From: Terriglobia bacterium
Lineage (GTDB): Bacteria; Acidobacteriota; Terriglobia; 20CM-2-55-15
DNA: 64,000 bases
Reading direction: 5' to 3'
Assembly: GCA_965198225.1 (NCBI GenBank)
Contig: CBDAOY010000005.1
Coordinates: 736,001-800,000 of the forward strand
In this document: piece after piece, positions 41,336 through 51,362 of the stretch
How the letters are laid out: the number at the start of each line of letters is the position of its first letter
How positions within the stretch are numbered: position 1 is the first letter of the stretch
Position numbers and translations under genes: made by a program
The notes under the pieces: generated by a model
Told to the model about the DNA's origin: nothing
The model's database searches: none
The model's input: only the letters and a program-made list of their open reading frames with translations

Positions 41336-41608
41336 ATGGCGCAAAACTGGTCCGACAGCGAGATCGACGCCATCGTCGAAAACTACTTCGAAATCCTCGA
41401 GCATGAGCAGGAAGGGCGAGTTTTTAGCAAGGCTGAGCACCGGCGAGCGCTCATGAAAACCATAGCTCGATCAGAGGGCTCAATCGAGCGCAAGCACATG
41501 AATATCAGCGCGGTCCTGGTCGCGGCTCGGTTTGCCTTACGTAGATGGTTACAAGCCGTATAGGAACTACCAGAAGGCGCTGTTCGAGGCAGTTGAAGCA
41601 AGTCTTAG
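41336..41608 (+). pseudogene. N-terminal fragment of a DUF3883/HNH-type endonuclease
   Basis: NWSDSEIDAIVENYF...SKAEHRRAL...RSEGSIERKHMNISAVL, frameshift, GLPYVDGYKPYRNYQ. Confidence 0.6.
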
Positions 41609-42049
41609 CAGGGACCCCGAGCTTCATTCCCTCCTGAACGGGGAAATCGTGGGGGCCAAGCGTAATTCTTAGGAATCTTTAACCGGACCAGACCTTGTCT
41701 TCGACGATGCTCCGCCGCCACGTGAGACGCGGGAACAAGATGTCCCGGACGACATTCGCCGCATTGTCGGCAGGTTCGAACATCCAGCTGAAAGGACATT
41801 ATCATACATATCGAATGGCTCCTGACAAATCCCGGGACCTCGAGCCCGCCCGCCGCTCCGACCCCGTCTCCCTCGATGAGGGCGAGCGCATCAGTATCTG
41901 ACCCCCCGTGCCTCCGCTCGCTGCCGACAAACAGAACGATGATGGGACACAAAGGATACCGGGCGACGGTTACTACACTTGACAAGCCCGATAGTATACA
42001 ATCCGTATAGATTTCTTATATATAAGTCTACTTCTCGATAACGGGCACC

Positions 42050-42685
42050 ATGCAGACCATCGCACTGATTGCACAGAAAGGCGGTACCGGCAAGACGACG
42101 CTTGCACTAGCGTTGGCCGTGGCAGCAGAGCAAGCAGGCAGAAGAACCGTCGTCATTGACCTCGACCCGCAGGCCACCGCCTGTAACTGGGCAGATCGTC
42201 GGGACGCTGACACACCAATAGTCGTCGATGCTCAGCCGACACGGCTTCCCAGGGCGCTTGAAAAGGCGATGGAAGCGGGCGTCAATCTTGCAATCATCGA
42301 TACCCCAGCGCGATCGGAACAGACCGCTTTGGCTGCGGCGAAGTGTGCCAACTTGATAATCATTCCCTGCCGACCGCAGATTTACGATCTCGAAACCGTA
42401 CCCAACAGTCGGGAGCTAATCACTCTTGCCGGTGACATCCCTACCCTGGTTGTCTTAATCGCCGTGCCGGCCCGTGGCGCGCGTGGCGATCAAGCACGAC
42501 ACGCCCTAACAGGCTTCGGTCTTGCAGTGTGTCCCCCGAGCTTAGGCCATCGCGCAGCTTTCGGCGACGCCGGCGTTCGCGGACTCGTGGCGCTCGAACA
42601 TCAACCACTCGGCAAAGCTGCCGATGAAATCAAGAAAGTATATAAGTATATAAGTCTGTTTCTATCGGGGAGGGCGGAGAGGTAA
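42050..42685 (+). CDS. parA: ParA family partition ATPase (short, type Ib)
   Basis: QKGGTGKTT, IDLDPQAT, IIDTP, IIPCRP. Confidence 0.92.
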   Translation: MQTIALIAQKGGTGKTTLALALAVAAEQAGRRTVVIDLDPQATACNWADRRDADTPIVVDAQPTRLPRALEKAMEAGVNLAIIDTPARSEQTALAAAKCANLIIIPCRPQIYDLETVPNSRELITLAGDIPTLVVLIAVPARGARGDQARHALTGFGLAVCPPSLGHRAAFGDAGVRGLVALEHQPLGKAADEIKKVYKYISLFLSGRAER

Positions 42686-42689
42686 GAAA

Positions 42690-44096
42690 CCGACTGCGCC
42701 CCTTCATTGGACATTTTTCCCAAGAATTAGAGAATAGGTGCGGCTTAGCCGGTCCTGCTGCTGGAAGGGGGAATATTATCCCCCCGCCGGCGCTGTGGGA
42801 ACGGTGGGAAAGCGGAGCGTATTGTGCGGAGCTTTTCCACCGTTTCCACAGCGCGTGACGCGCGCCGATTTTTCAGCAGTGGGCCAGGGAGTCCGACACC
42901 GATGGGAAAGATCCGACGGAAGTTTGAAGTGGAATTCAAGCGACGCCTGGTCGAGCAGATTGAAACCGGCCAGATGACGCTGAGCGCGGCAGCGCGGCAG
43001 TACCAGATCTCGCCCAGCGTGATTCAGCGTTGGCGGACGCAGTACGAGGCGAATCAACTGGTGGATAGGCCTTCGAGCCGGGAACGGGCGTTGGAGGCCG
43101 AGAATGAACGCCTGAAGGCGAAGGTTGGGGATCTGGTGATGCAGATCGATCATCAAAAAAAACTGCAGAGCTGGATGAAGCGGAATCGAAACGTCGATAC
43201 TGCCGTAATCACTGGGAAAAACTGGGATCGATATCGAAAGGGTGCGAAATGACGGGCCTGGCACGTAGCACGTATTACTACAGGCCGAAGGTCGATCCCA
43301 AACTGAAAGCGCAACAGGACGCCGATCTGCGCGATCGCATCGAGCGGATCCAGGCCGAATTTCCCGGCTACGGATACCGCCGGGTGTATCGGGAACTGGA
43401 ACGCCAGGGCGAGATCGTCAACACGAAACGGCTTCGGCGCGTGATGAAGCGGTACGGGTTGAAGCCGATCACCTGGCGGAGTTTCCTCCACACGACCGAT
43501 TCCAATCACCGGTTCCGCATCTACCCCAATCTGCTGAAGAGGCACACGGTCACCGGTCTGAATCAAGCGTGGGCAGCCGATATCACTTACATCCGGATAC
43601 GCACCGGATTCGTGTTCCTGGCCGCCATCCTGGATCTCCACTCTCGCAAGGTCATCGGTTGGGCGATCTCGAAACGGATCGACCGCCAGCTCTGCATCGA
43701 GGCGTTACAGATGGCCATCGCAGCGCGTCTCGACACCCGGGGCTGCATCCATCATTCAGATCGGGGCGTGCAGTATGCCTCCGACGACTACATCGACATC
43801 TTGCGAACACACGGCTTCCAGATCAGCATGTCGGCGAAGGGCAATCCCGGGGACAACGCTTTCGTGGAGTCGTTCTTCAAGACGTTGAAGTACGAGGAGA
43901 TCCATCTCTGGAACTACGAGACCTACGAGGACGTGAAGAACGTGTCCCATACTTCATCGAGGAGGTCTACAATCGCAGCGGCTGCACTCCTCAATCGGGG
44001 ATCGTCCGCCGATCGAGTTCGAGCAGCTCGTGAACTTGAAACGCGCCGATCGGCCTATTCTCAATCTTTGACGAAATCTGTCCAGTTTTGGGGGCG
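42690..44096 (+). mobile_element. IS3-family element inserted between parA and its partner gene
   Basis: Ends GACTGCGCCCCTTCATTGGACA / TGTCCAGTTTTGGGGGCG; GGTAAGAAA repeated on both sides; orfA/orfB layout. Confidence 0.85.
42902..43252 (+). CDS. IS3 OrfA (HTH)
   Basis: RRKFEVEFKRRLV...AARQYQISPSVIQRW...LEAENERLK. Confidence 0.85.
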   Translation: MGKIRRKFEVEFKRRLVEQIETGQMTLSAAARQYQISPSVIQRWRTQYEANQLVDRPSSRERALEAENERLKAKVGDLVMQIDHQKKLQSWMKRNRNVDTAVITGKNWDRYRKGAK

Positions 44097-44100
44097 GTAA
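43249..44100 (+). pseudogene. IS3 OrfB integrase core, frameshifted near the C-terminus
   Basis: YGYRR, WAADITYI, HHSDRGVQY, DNAFVESFFKTLK. The FIEEVYN motif falls in another frame. Confidence 0.85.
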
Positions 44101-44103
44101 GAA

Positions 44104-44403
44104 ATGAGCAAAGTAGACTTATCAGAAGCACTCGTTGATGCCGGCGGAGGCACTCGACGCAAAGCCGCGCCGCAGCCAGTACAAGCGGCAACGCGTCGGC
44201 CGACCGTCGCGACAGCACCACAGCCGAGCAGAATAGGGACCAAACCCATTACCGTTCACTTCCCAAAAGAGGTTCGCGACCAGCTCAAGATTCTGGCCGT
44301 AGAGCAGGGAACTACGCTGCAGACGCTTGTAGGTGAGAGCTTCAACATGCTCTTCGCCAAGTACAGTAAGCCTGAGATCGCACCGGGCGACCAGAGACTT
44401 TAA
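44104..44403 (+). CDS. Ribbon-helix-helix partition protein (ParG-like)
   Basis: PSRIGTKPITVHFPKEVRDQLKILAVEQGTTLQTLVGESFNMLFAKY. Would follow the parA stop by 3 nt if IS3 is removed. Confidence 0.75.
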   Translation: MSKVDLSEALVDAGGGTRRKAAPQPVQAATRRPTVATAPQPSRIGTKPITVHFPKEVRDQLKILAVEQGTTLQTLVGESFNMLFAKYSKPEIAPGDQRL

Positions 44404-44841
44404 CGCCTCGTCGAGGAACTGGTTGAGGCCGTGAACGTCGCACGAAGTGCCGAACCGACGCGGGGCGTTTCAGATAGTACTTGCGTGTGTGGTCGTTGTT
44501 GACTCGCGCGATGAAGAACTCCACATGCGTTTAGCGGCCTTGGGAGTCGGCGTGGACAACCATTGGGGAACACCTCAGTCCATTCCAAAGAAAGGCAGTG
44601 ATGGAACCCGTTGATCAATGCTATCACCGGCTCTAGCCGGGCCGTCTTGTGCGGTGCGTTGTTCCTCAGCGCCACTGCGCTGAGGAACAACCATACCATC
44701 CGCCGCCGAACTGCACTTTCCGGGCCGTACTTGAATCGTCCTGAGTGCGACTCTGTATTCCCTGCAGATTTCGTTAAATAATTCTTTTCAACAGACCCCG
44801 CCGTTCCTAATACATGGATTCTTATTACTTGTCTTTATATA

Positions 44842-44932
44842 TGTATGGTGATCCTGTTTCACCGGAAAATGGGCGTGTATAGTGATCCCGTTTCACCGGA
44901 AAATGGGCGTGTATAGTGATCCCGTTTCACCG
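44842..44932. repeat. Iteron-like 34-bp direct repeats (x2.5) next to an AT-rich tract: putative oriV
   Basis: GTGATCCCGTTTCACCGGAAAATGGGCGTGTATA at 44848, 44882 and partial at 44916; AT-rich 44770-44845. Confidence 0.75.
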
Positions 44933-45066
44933 TGGAAAACTATGGCAAATCACATAAGCCTGTGGAAACAGAAGATTTGCGGATTCTGACAATTCAGGGG
45001 AGTGTGATGAAGATACTCCCGAAAATCCAACCCGGCGCTGAAACGCCGCTAAGGGCCCGGGAAGGG

Positions 45067-45513
45067 CTATTGGGAAGGCGTGTCCTTGCCCGCAATGATG
45101 GCGCGGGCCTGCTGGGTGAGGAGTTCCTTCTCTTTGGGCGTGAAGCGGATATCTCCGCTGACCCACTTGGTGAGATCCCGGGTTGCGATTTCGGTGATGC
45201 GCATCTCCTCACCCCGAAGGGTGATGGAGATGGCCCCGGCAATCTCCATCGCTTGCTGGCACTCCCGGATCGATATCGTTGGCGGGCGAGGAGGAAACCG
45301 CTCGAGAAACTGGCGTTCGTCTTCTGCAAGGCTGGCGCGCGGAAGCCGGATATCTCCGCCGACCCGGTGCTTCCCATGTACGCGGAGGGCTCTGGTGATG
45401 AGCACCTGCTCCCCACGGATCATCACATGGATGCCAACACCGGCGATCGTACTGGCCCTTTCGACGATAGCAATCGGCCTTAGGCAAGTTCCGATGGATA
45501 TTTTCGGTTTCAT
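45067..45513 (-). CDS. Hypothetical RepA-coupled repeat protein, divergent copy
   Basis: 148-aa homologue of 35886-36374 with ATGA overlap to repA. Confidence 0.7.
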   Translation of the reverse strand: MKPKISIGTCLRPIAIVERASTIAGVGIHVMIRGEQVLITRALRVHGKHRVGGDIRLPRASLAEDERQFLERFPPRPPTISIRECQQAMEIAGAISITLRGEEMRITEIATRDLTKWVSGDIRFTPKEKELLTQQARAIIAGKDTPSQ

Positions 45514-46508
45514 CTTTCCTCCGTGGGGTGAACCCTCGGAGCATTTTCTACAAGTGAAAGATGTTGAGTTGGAGGGATCGCGGGGGTCGAAGGCAAGAGG
45601 ATCAAGACCCCCCTGGACGTCGAGTAGTTCAGGCTGGACCAGACGAGCTTGATTTTCTTCAACTCGCGCAGAACCTTGCTACGGAAGTTTCGAACAATGA
45701 ACTTGTCTCTGGATTTGGCTGGGTCCGGTCCGAACTGGAAGTACAACTCTTTCCAGGAGAGCCGTAGCGGCGCACGAAGTGCAAACACCCGGTAGGTGAG
45801 CCAGAGGTACAGATCAAGGCCCAGCGAGGATCGCTTGAGGGCCTTGAGGGTGTTCATGTCGAGTGGAACGGCGTGGCTGATGATCTCGTTGTAGAACTTC
45901 TCTCCGAGTTCGATTTTACTATCCCACAGTGTGCGTTCGTCGGGACGCTTCGGGTCCCACCAAAGCTCGTGAGTATCGGCGACCAAGGAACTAATTCGTT
46001 TGAAGCCTGACGTGTCCTCGTAGATGAGTGACACGGTGCAAGCAAACAGCCGTTTCATCTGGTCTCGGAGCCGGGCACGGTCACCGCGAGGGCTGCCGCT
46101 GTCGTCGCTCATGCCCAGCTTCCGCATGAACTTGGAAAGCGAAGGCCCTAGGATCAGCACACGGCTTTGGGTTCGTACCGCCTCAGTGCAAACCCAAGCC
46201 ATCAGCAGGCGGGGAATGTTCCCATAGGGCAATTTGTTGTCACCACCTGCAATCATGATGAGCTTGTACGGGCCGTTGACGCGCTTGTACTGGAGCTGCT
46301 CGCCGGGATTGGTACGGGGGAGTGAACACAGCGCCAGCAGTCGCCCCATGAAGCCTAGATCGGGGTCCGCTTCGCTGGCGCCGACAAGCTGGTTCATCTG
46401 ATCGGCCAGAGTGAAGTGATGCCGCGCCCGGGGTGGCACCAGCGAGAGCGCAGGTTTTGATTTATCGTTCATGTCTCTAAAATCCCCCTTATTGTTATCG
46501 TTCATCAC
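45510..46508 (-). CDS. repA: Plasmid replication initiator RepA, divergent paralogue
   Basis: GFMGRLLALCSLP, LPYGNIPRLLMAWVCTEAVRT, VPLDMNTLKALKRSSLGLDLYLW. Confidence 0.85.
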   Translation of the reverse strand: MMNDNNKGDFRDMNDKSKPALSLVPPRARHHFTLADQMNQLVGASEADPDLGFMGRLLALCSLPRTNPGEQLQYKRVNGPYKLIMIAGGDNKLPYGNIPRLLMAWVCTEAVRTQSRVLILGPSLSKFMRKLGMSDDSGSPRGDRARLRDQMKRLFACTVSLIYEDTSGFKRISSLVADTHELWWDPKRPDERTLWDSKIELGEKFYNEIISHAVPLDMNTLKALKRSSLGLDLYLWLTYRVFALRAPLRLSWKELYFQFGPDPAKSRDKFIVRNFRSKVLRELKKIKLVWSSLNYSTSRGVLILLPSTPAIPPTQHLSLVENAPRVHPTEER

Positions 46509-46776
46509 TAGCCAGCGGGGGTCCGTTAGCCAGAACTTTTTGTTGGCGGCGTAGCTCTTGACAAAGAACGCCTCCTCCAGAAACCGCAGTCCCTAGCGCT
46601 TGGCGACCTGCTTCAGTTCTTCGGCGTGGCGTTCTCCACACCTCCGGCAGGTCGCCTTGTGTCTGGCAGGCAGCGAGCGGGTCGACACCGGAGGCCTGGC
46701 GCGCCGCAGCCGCTTGGTGGAGGGTGTCTCCCCCTCCGACGCGTTGGCCGTGCGGGTCCCGCGGCGTCTCCGTCGC

Positions 46777-47231
46777 CTACCCGGGTGTGGCCACCTTGTC
46801 GGCCGCGCGGATCGACTGAATCGCGTCCAACGCCGCGAGCCGTTCCACGGCGACCAGCGGCAGGTGCGCCCGGATAGCCCGGTACCGCGGCACGCTGTTG
46901 ATCAGTGTGCCGCCCAGGTCCCGGATGCGTGCCAGGACCTCCGGCGTCACGTCGGCCCGGATGTCCACCGTCACCATCTCGGCTGCGGTGTCCGCGCCCG
47001 CCGGTGGGCGACGGCTGCCCGCCACGCGTCCAGAAGCTGGGAACTCACCTTCCGCTGCGCAGCTGTCCGCTGCGCCTTCTCGGCCAGCAGCGCCTCAATC
47101 TGCCGCACGGCCTTCACCGGCAACTCGCCGTCAGTCTGTGCCGACGGTTGCTGCACGCGGCCCTGCCCTTCGACGGCGGGGGTGAGCAGCGACGCCAGCA
47201 ACACGACAGTAACTGCCGCAATGAACCGCAC
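46777..47231 (-). pseudogene. N-terminal (signal/propeptide) fragment of a probable S8 protease
   Basis: Signal peptide, QIEALLAEKAQRTAAQRKVSSQLL, frameshift, VDIRADV...LGGTLI...RAHLPL. No catalytic domain follows. Confidence 0.45.
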
Positions 47232-47265
47232 GCCGCCCCGCGCACGCCGCCGGGCGGGCGCCGAG

Positions 47266-47375
47266 ATGAAGGCGAATCAGATCCTCTGCCTAAACTTGGT
47301 CACGAATGCCATCGTCACCTGGAACACCGTCTACATGAACGCCGCCATTGAACGGCTGCGGGCCGAGGGGAGGAT
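47266..47375 (+). pseudogene. Tn3-family transposase C-terminal fragment
   Basis: LNLVTNAIVTWNTVYMNAAIERLRAEG. Confidence 0.7.
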
Positions 47376-47377
47376 CC

Positions 47378-47905
47378 ACAGCGTTCTGGCGGGCCGCGCA
47401 AGCGACGGATGTCGACGCGATGAAGCTGCTGGTGGCTTATGGTGCCGATCCGAAGATTCCGTCGGACGACAACTTGACGCCGCTGGCCGTCGCCACGGGA
47501 GTCGGCTGGGCGGGAAACTTTTCCACCAATGCGCCCGACTTGTTCATGGTGGCCATCGAGTATTTGGTCGAGGAAATTGGCATCGACGTGAATGTCGCGG
47601 ACGCTACGGGCTACACCGCACTGATGGGCGCAGCGTGGAGGGGCGACAATGAAATGGTCCAGTACCTGGTGGATCATGGTGCCAGGCTGGACGTGAGGAC
47701 CGAGTTTGGATGGTCGGTCACGGACATGGCCAATGGCCCGTACCTGCGCAGCAGCGTTCCGGTGAAACACCCCAAGACCGTGGCTCTCCTGCGCGAGCTC
47801 GGTGCTCCGGAACTGATCCAGGTCGACGACGAGGAGATACTCGGGATCATCAAGCGGAAGATCGAGATCCCGGAACAGCCACAAAAGCAACCGAACCCGC
47901 GATAG
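47378..47905 (+). pseudogene. C-terminal fragment of an ankyrin-repeat protein
   Basis: TAFWRAAQATDVDAMKLLVAYGADP, TPLAVA, TALMGAAWRGDNEMVQYLVDHGA. Confidence 0.75.
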
Positions 47906-48220
47906 TTACGCCACGAAACCAGCCACGGAAGGATAGGGCGGGGAGAGGAGGGGAACCGGCATGGTACTCTGACCGGTTCCGCCAAGTTTCACGCTCCCAA
48001 TGGGGTCGGATTTTTCTAGAATCAACCACGTCGAGCATTGTCCACAGGGGATTTAATATCAACGACTTGAAAACGGCCTCGGGCTGTCATTTCCCGCTGT
48101 TCGTTTTTGAAGTATCAAGGACCGCCCCGGATACCTGCTTCTGGCTGTGGTTTAAACCCGGCTCCGCACCCTCGCTCTCCCTCGCTTGAATCCCCACAGT
48201 TCATCGTTTATCTTCACGGC

Positions 48221-50023
48221 ATGAGGCTTCTTGTCGCTGCCTCCGGATTGCTGTGCTTTTCCGTGATCTGGCTGACGGGGCAGCCGGCCCGGTCCGAGGC
48301 GGGGTACGTCGGCGCCGAGGCCTGCTACACGTGTCATGCGACGATCTCGGAGAGTTATGCAACGGTCGGGATGGCGCGGACGTTTGCGCCGGTCAATGCG
48401 GTACAGCCGATCGAAGACTGGACGGTAAACAATCGTTACTACCACCCTCCCTCGGACCAGCACTTTTTGATGACGAGTCGCGACGGGAGGTACTACCAGA
48501 AACGATATCAGTTGGACGAGGACGGCAACGAGACCAACGCGTTCGAGATGGAGATCCACTACGCGCTGGGCTCCGGCTACAAGGAGCGGGACTACCTGGC
48601 CCTGCTTCCCGGCGGGGAACTGGTTCAGATGCCCGTGGTCTGGTATTCGGACGAGGCCTCGTGGTCCATCGCGCCGGGTTACGATCACGCCGATCACGAC
48701 GGGTTTTCCCGCCACATCAACTACCGTTGCGTATTCTGTCATGCCGCCTATCCGGATCTGGAGCCGGGACAGGGACGTTACGAAGCGCAGACCGCGTTCT
48801 TCAGAACCGATGTGGCCCGGGGAGTCGATTGCGAGCGCTGTCACGGCCCGGGAAGCCTACACCTCGAGAGCGCTACGATAGGCGCGTCAACAGACGAGAT
48901 CCGGGGCAGCATCGTCAACCCCTCCCGTCTCGATCGAGACCGACAGATAGACGTCTGCCTCCAGTGCCACCTTGAAACAACCAGCGCTCCCCTTCCGAAT
49001 TCCACGCTGAAGCTCGGGCGCGGCATGTTTTCGTTCCGTCCCGGTGAGCGGCTGACCGATTACGCCGCCTACTTCGACTTCCCGAAGGGTGTCGGACACG
49101 ACGACGACTTCAACATCGTGCATCAGGGCTATCAGCTCGTGCGTTCCGCGTGTTTCAAGAGCAGCGAGATGACCTGTATCACCTGCCACGATCCGCATCG
49201 CACGCCCGACGACCCGAAGGCGTATTTCAGAGCCCGCTGCCTGGCGTGCCACGAGGGCGAGACGGGCTGTTCGCTCGATGCCGCCCGCCGTGCCAGTGCC
49301 AACGGCGACGATTGTACGGCCTGCCATATGCCGCAGCGGCGCACCGACGACATCGTCCAGGTCGTGATGACCAATCATTACATCCAGCGGTTCGCTCCTC
49401 CCGACCCGCTGGCACCGATAGAAGAGAAGGACAATCGTGGTTACAGCGGCGACCTGGTGTTTTACCTTCCGGAGGAGGACGAAGATCTCTACATGGGAAT
49501 CGGACTGATTCGGGGGCCCGATACCCAACGCGGCGTGGAGCTGCTGGAACGGGCGATCGAACGCGCCCCGCCGGCGACGGCCGAACCTTATTTCTATCTG
49601 GGGGCCGCGTACGGGGAACTGGGCCGATCCGCGCAGTCCATCGAAAACTACCGCAGAGCGATAGAGATCGATCCGGCCTACGCGGAAGCCCACTACAACC
49701 TGGGACTCGTCCACCTCCGAGACCGACGTTTTCGGAGGGCCCTGGAGCTGTTCGAGGAGGCCATCCGCCTCCAGCCGAACGGCGCCGACAACCACGTCGT
49801 CGCCGGGGTGGCGCGCGCCCAGTTGGACCGTCCGGAATCGGCGAGGGCAGCTTACCTGAAGGCCCTCGAACTGGATCCTCTCAACACCGTCGCGCTGAGC
49901 AATCTGGGAACGATGGATCTTCAGTCGGGGAACTTGGAGCGGGCGACATCCCACTTCCGCCGGGTCCTGCGAATCAAACCGAACGACGCGATCGCCCGGC
50001 GAATGCTGGAGCAGTTGAAGTGA
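48221..50023 (+). CDS. Exported multiheme c-type cytochrome (7 CxxCH) with C-terminal TPR repeats
   Basis: CYTCH, CVFCH, CERCH, CLQCH, CITCH, CLACH, CTACH; TPR motifs such as AEAHYNLG; signal peptide. Confidence 0.88.
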   Translation: MRLLVAASGLLCFSVIWLTGQPARSEAGYVGAEACYTCHATISESYATVGMARTFAPVNAVQPIEDWTVNNRYYHPPSDQHFLMTSRDGRYYQKRYQLDEDGNETNAFEMEIHYALGSGYKERDYLALLPGGELVQMPVVWYSDEASWSIAPGYDHADHDGFSRHINYRCVFCHAAYPDLEPGQGRYEAQTAFFRTDVARGVDCERCHGPGSLHLESATIGASTDEIRGSIVNPSRLDRDRQIDVCLQCHLETTSAPLPNSTLKLGRGMFSFRPGERLTDYAAYFDFPKGVGHDDDFNIVHQGYQLVRSACFKSSEMTCITCHDPHRTPDDPKAYFRARCLACHEGETGCSLDAARRASANGDDCTACHMPQRRTDDIVQVVMTNHYIQRFAPPDPLAPIEEKDNRGYSGDLVFYLPEEDEDLYMGIGLIRGPDTQRGVELLERAIERAPPATAEPYFYLGAAYGELGRSAQSIENYRRAIEIDPAYAEAHYNLGLVHLRDRRFRRALELFEEAIRLQPNGADNHVVAGVARAQLDRPESARAAYLKALELDPLNTVALSNLGTMDLQSGNLERATSHFRRVLRIKPNDAIARRMLEQLK

Positions 50024-50133
50024 GCGGACCGTGGCTATGGGAGTTCTGGAGTTCCCCGTTAAAAATGCAGGTGGCGCCTCTCACGTTCAAGGCGCCACTT
50101 GTCCTTTCCATTACTTTTTGTAGTGCGAAAATC

Positions 50134-50844
50134 CTATTTCTCTTCTGGCACTTTGACAAATTGCCCTGTGACGGGGTCGAACCTGCGGCCCTTGATGATG
50201 CCCAGGATTTCTTCATCGTCGACCTGGATCGGTTCCGGAGCGCCCAACTTCTGCAGCAGAGCGATCGTTTCAGGGTGTTTCCTGGGAACGCTGCTGACCA
50301 GAGATGGACCATTTGCCATGTCCGTCACCGCCCAGCCAAGCTTGGTCCTGACGTCAACCCTGGCACCTTTGTCGACCAGGTATTGGACGAGCTCACTGTC
50401 TCCTCTCCACGCCGCACCCATCAACGCTGTAAAACCGCCCTCATCAGACGCGACGTTGACGTCGAGTCCCAGCTGCTCGACCAGATACCTGGCGGTCTCC
50501 AGGAAACCGTCCGGCGCATTGACGGAGTTTTCTCCCGCCCAGCCGATTCCCGCGGCGACCGCCAGCGGCGTCAAATTGTCGTCCGACGGAATCTTCGGGT
50601 CGGCTCCATAGGCGACCAGAAGTTTCATCGCGCCGATATCCGTCGCTTGCGCTGCCCGCCAAAACGCCGTCGTTCCGGACACCACTTCCCACTCCTCCTT
50701 GTGATGGGGCGGGTTGAACCACACGGAAGCCAGTATCCTGGCGTTCGATTCGGCGCCCTGCTCCAGGAGCGCCTTCATCAGATCCAGATGACTGACCTTC
50801 TCCTGGGCAATACCCGACGCGGAAGTGGCCGGGGTTACCTCCAA
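50134..50844 (-). pseudogene. Ankyrin-repeat protein, probably 5'-truncated paralogue of 47378-47905
   Basis: LMKALLEQGAESN, TAFWRAAQATD, TALMGAAWRGD, shared VDDEEILGIIK tail. Confidence 0.7.
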
Positions 50845-50869
50845 AAGCGGACCGGCCCCTCAGTGAAAT

Positions 50870-50909
50870 AGAGATAACACTTTATTTTGAAAGAGATAAC
50901 ACTTTATTT
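50870..50909. repeat. 18-bp direct repeat AGAGATAACACTTTATTT x2
   Basis: Exact copies at 50870-50887 and 50892-50909. Confidence 0.7.
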
Positions 50910-51362
50910 CGCCAAATGTTACTCTGCCGATTACCAATCTGCAACGAGAATGAAGTTGATGGCAATAGCGACCCGACGCCGGGTCAGGAAAGCACACGCG
51001 ACCTGAACTTCAGAGCCAAAGCCGGCACCCAAGCTCGTGCCCCTGAAAAACCTTGCCTGGGCACCGTGGTTGTTGTATAAAACGATCAAATTAATCGCAT
51101 ACAACACAAATTCAGGTTACAAGCTGGAAGGAGTAAGTATCTGAAGTGCCTTTTGCACGGTGTCCGTCCAACTGTCCGTTGCGTCCGCCACTGGAGCGTA
51201 ATATCGACTAGCAGCCTGTCGGACTTTCGGCATAAGTCCTTTGTTGTCAACACGGGGTCTTTCCGGAACGAAATTTTAAGTGCAATAATATCAATGAGAT
51301 GGGTCAATCGGCTATCCCTAGTCCGACAGGCTGCTAGAGAACTCATGGAAGGAGGAAACAAC

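Noticed and set aside
44342-44524. Possible tyrosine-integrase N-terminal scrap (FFIARVNNDHTRKYY)
   Set aside because: Too short and degenerate to support.
44842-44932. Possible mini CRISPR array (34-bp repeats)
   Set aside because: Repeats are head-to-tail with no unique spacers and no cas genes; the context fits iterons.
49150-50871. 573-aa ORF
   Set aside because: Alternative-frame, Arg/Pro-rich shadow across the cytochrome and ankyrin genes.
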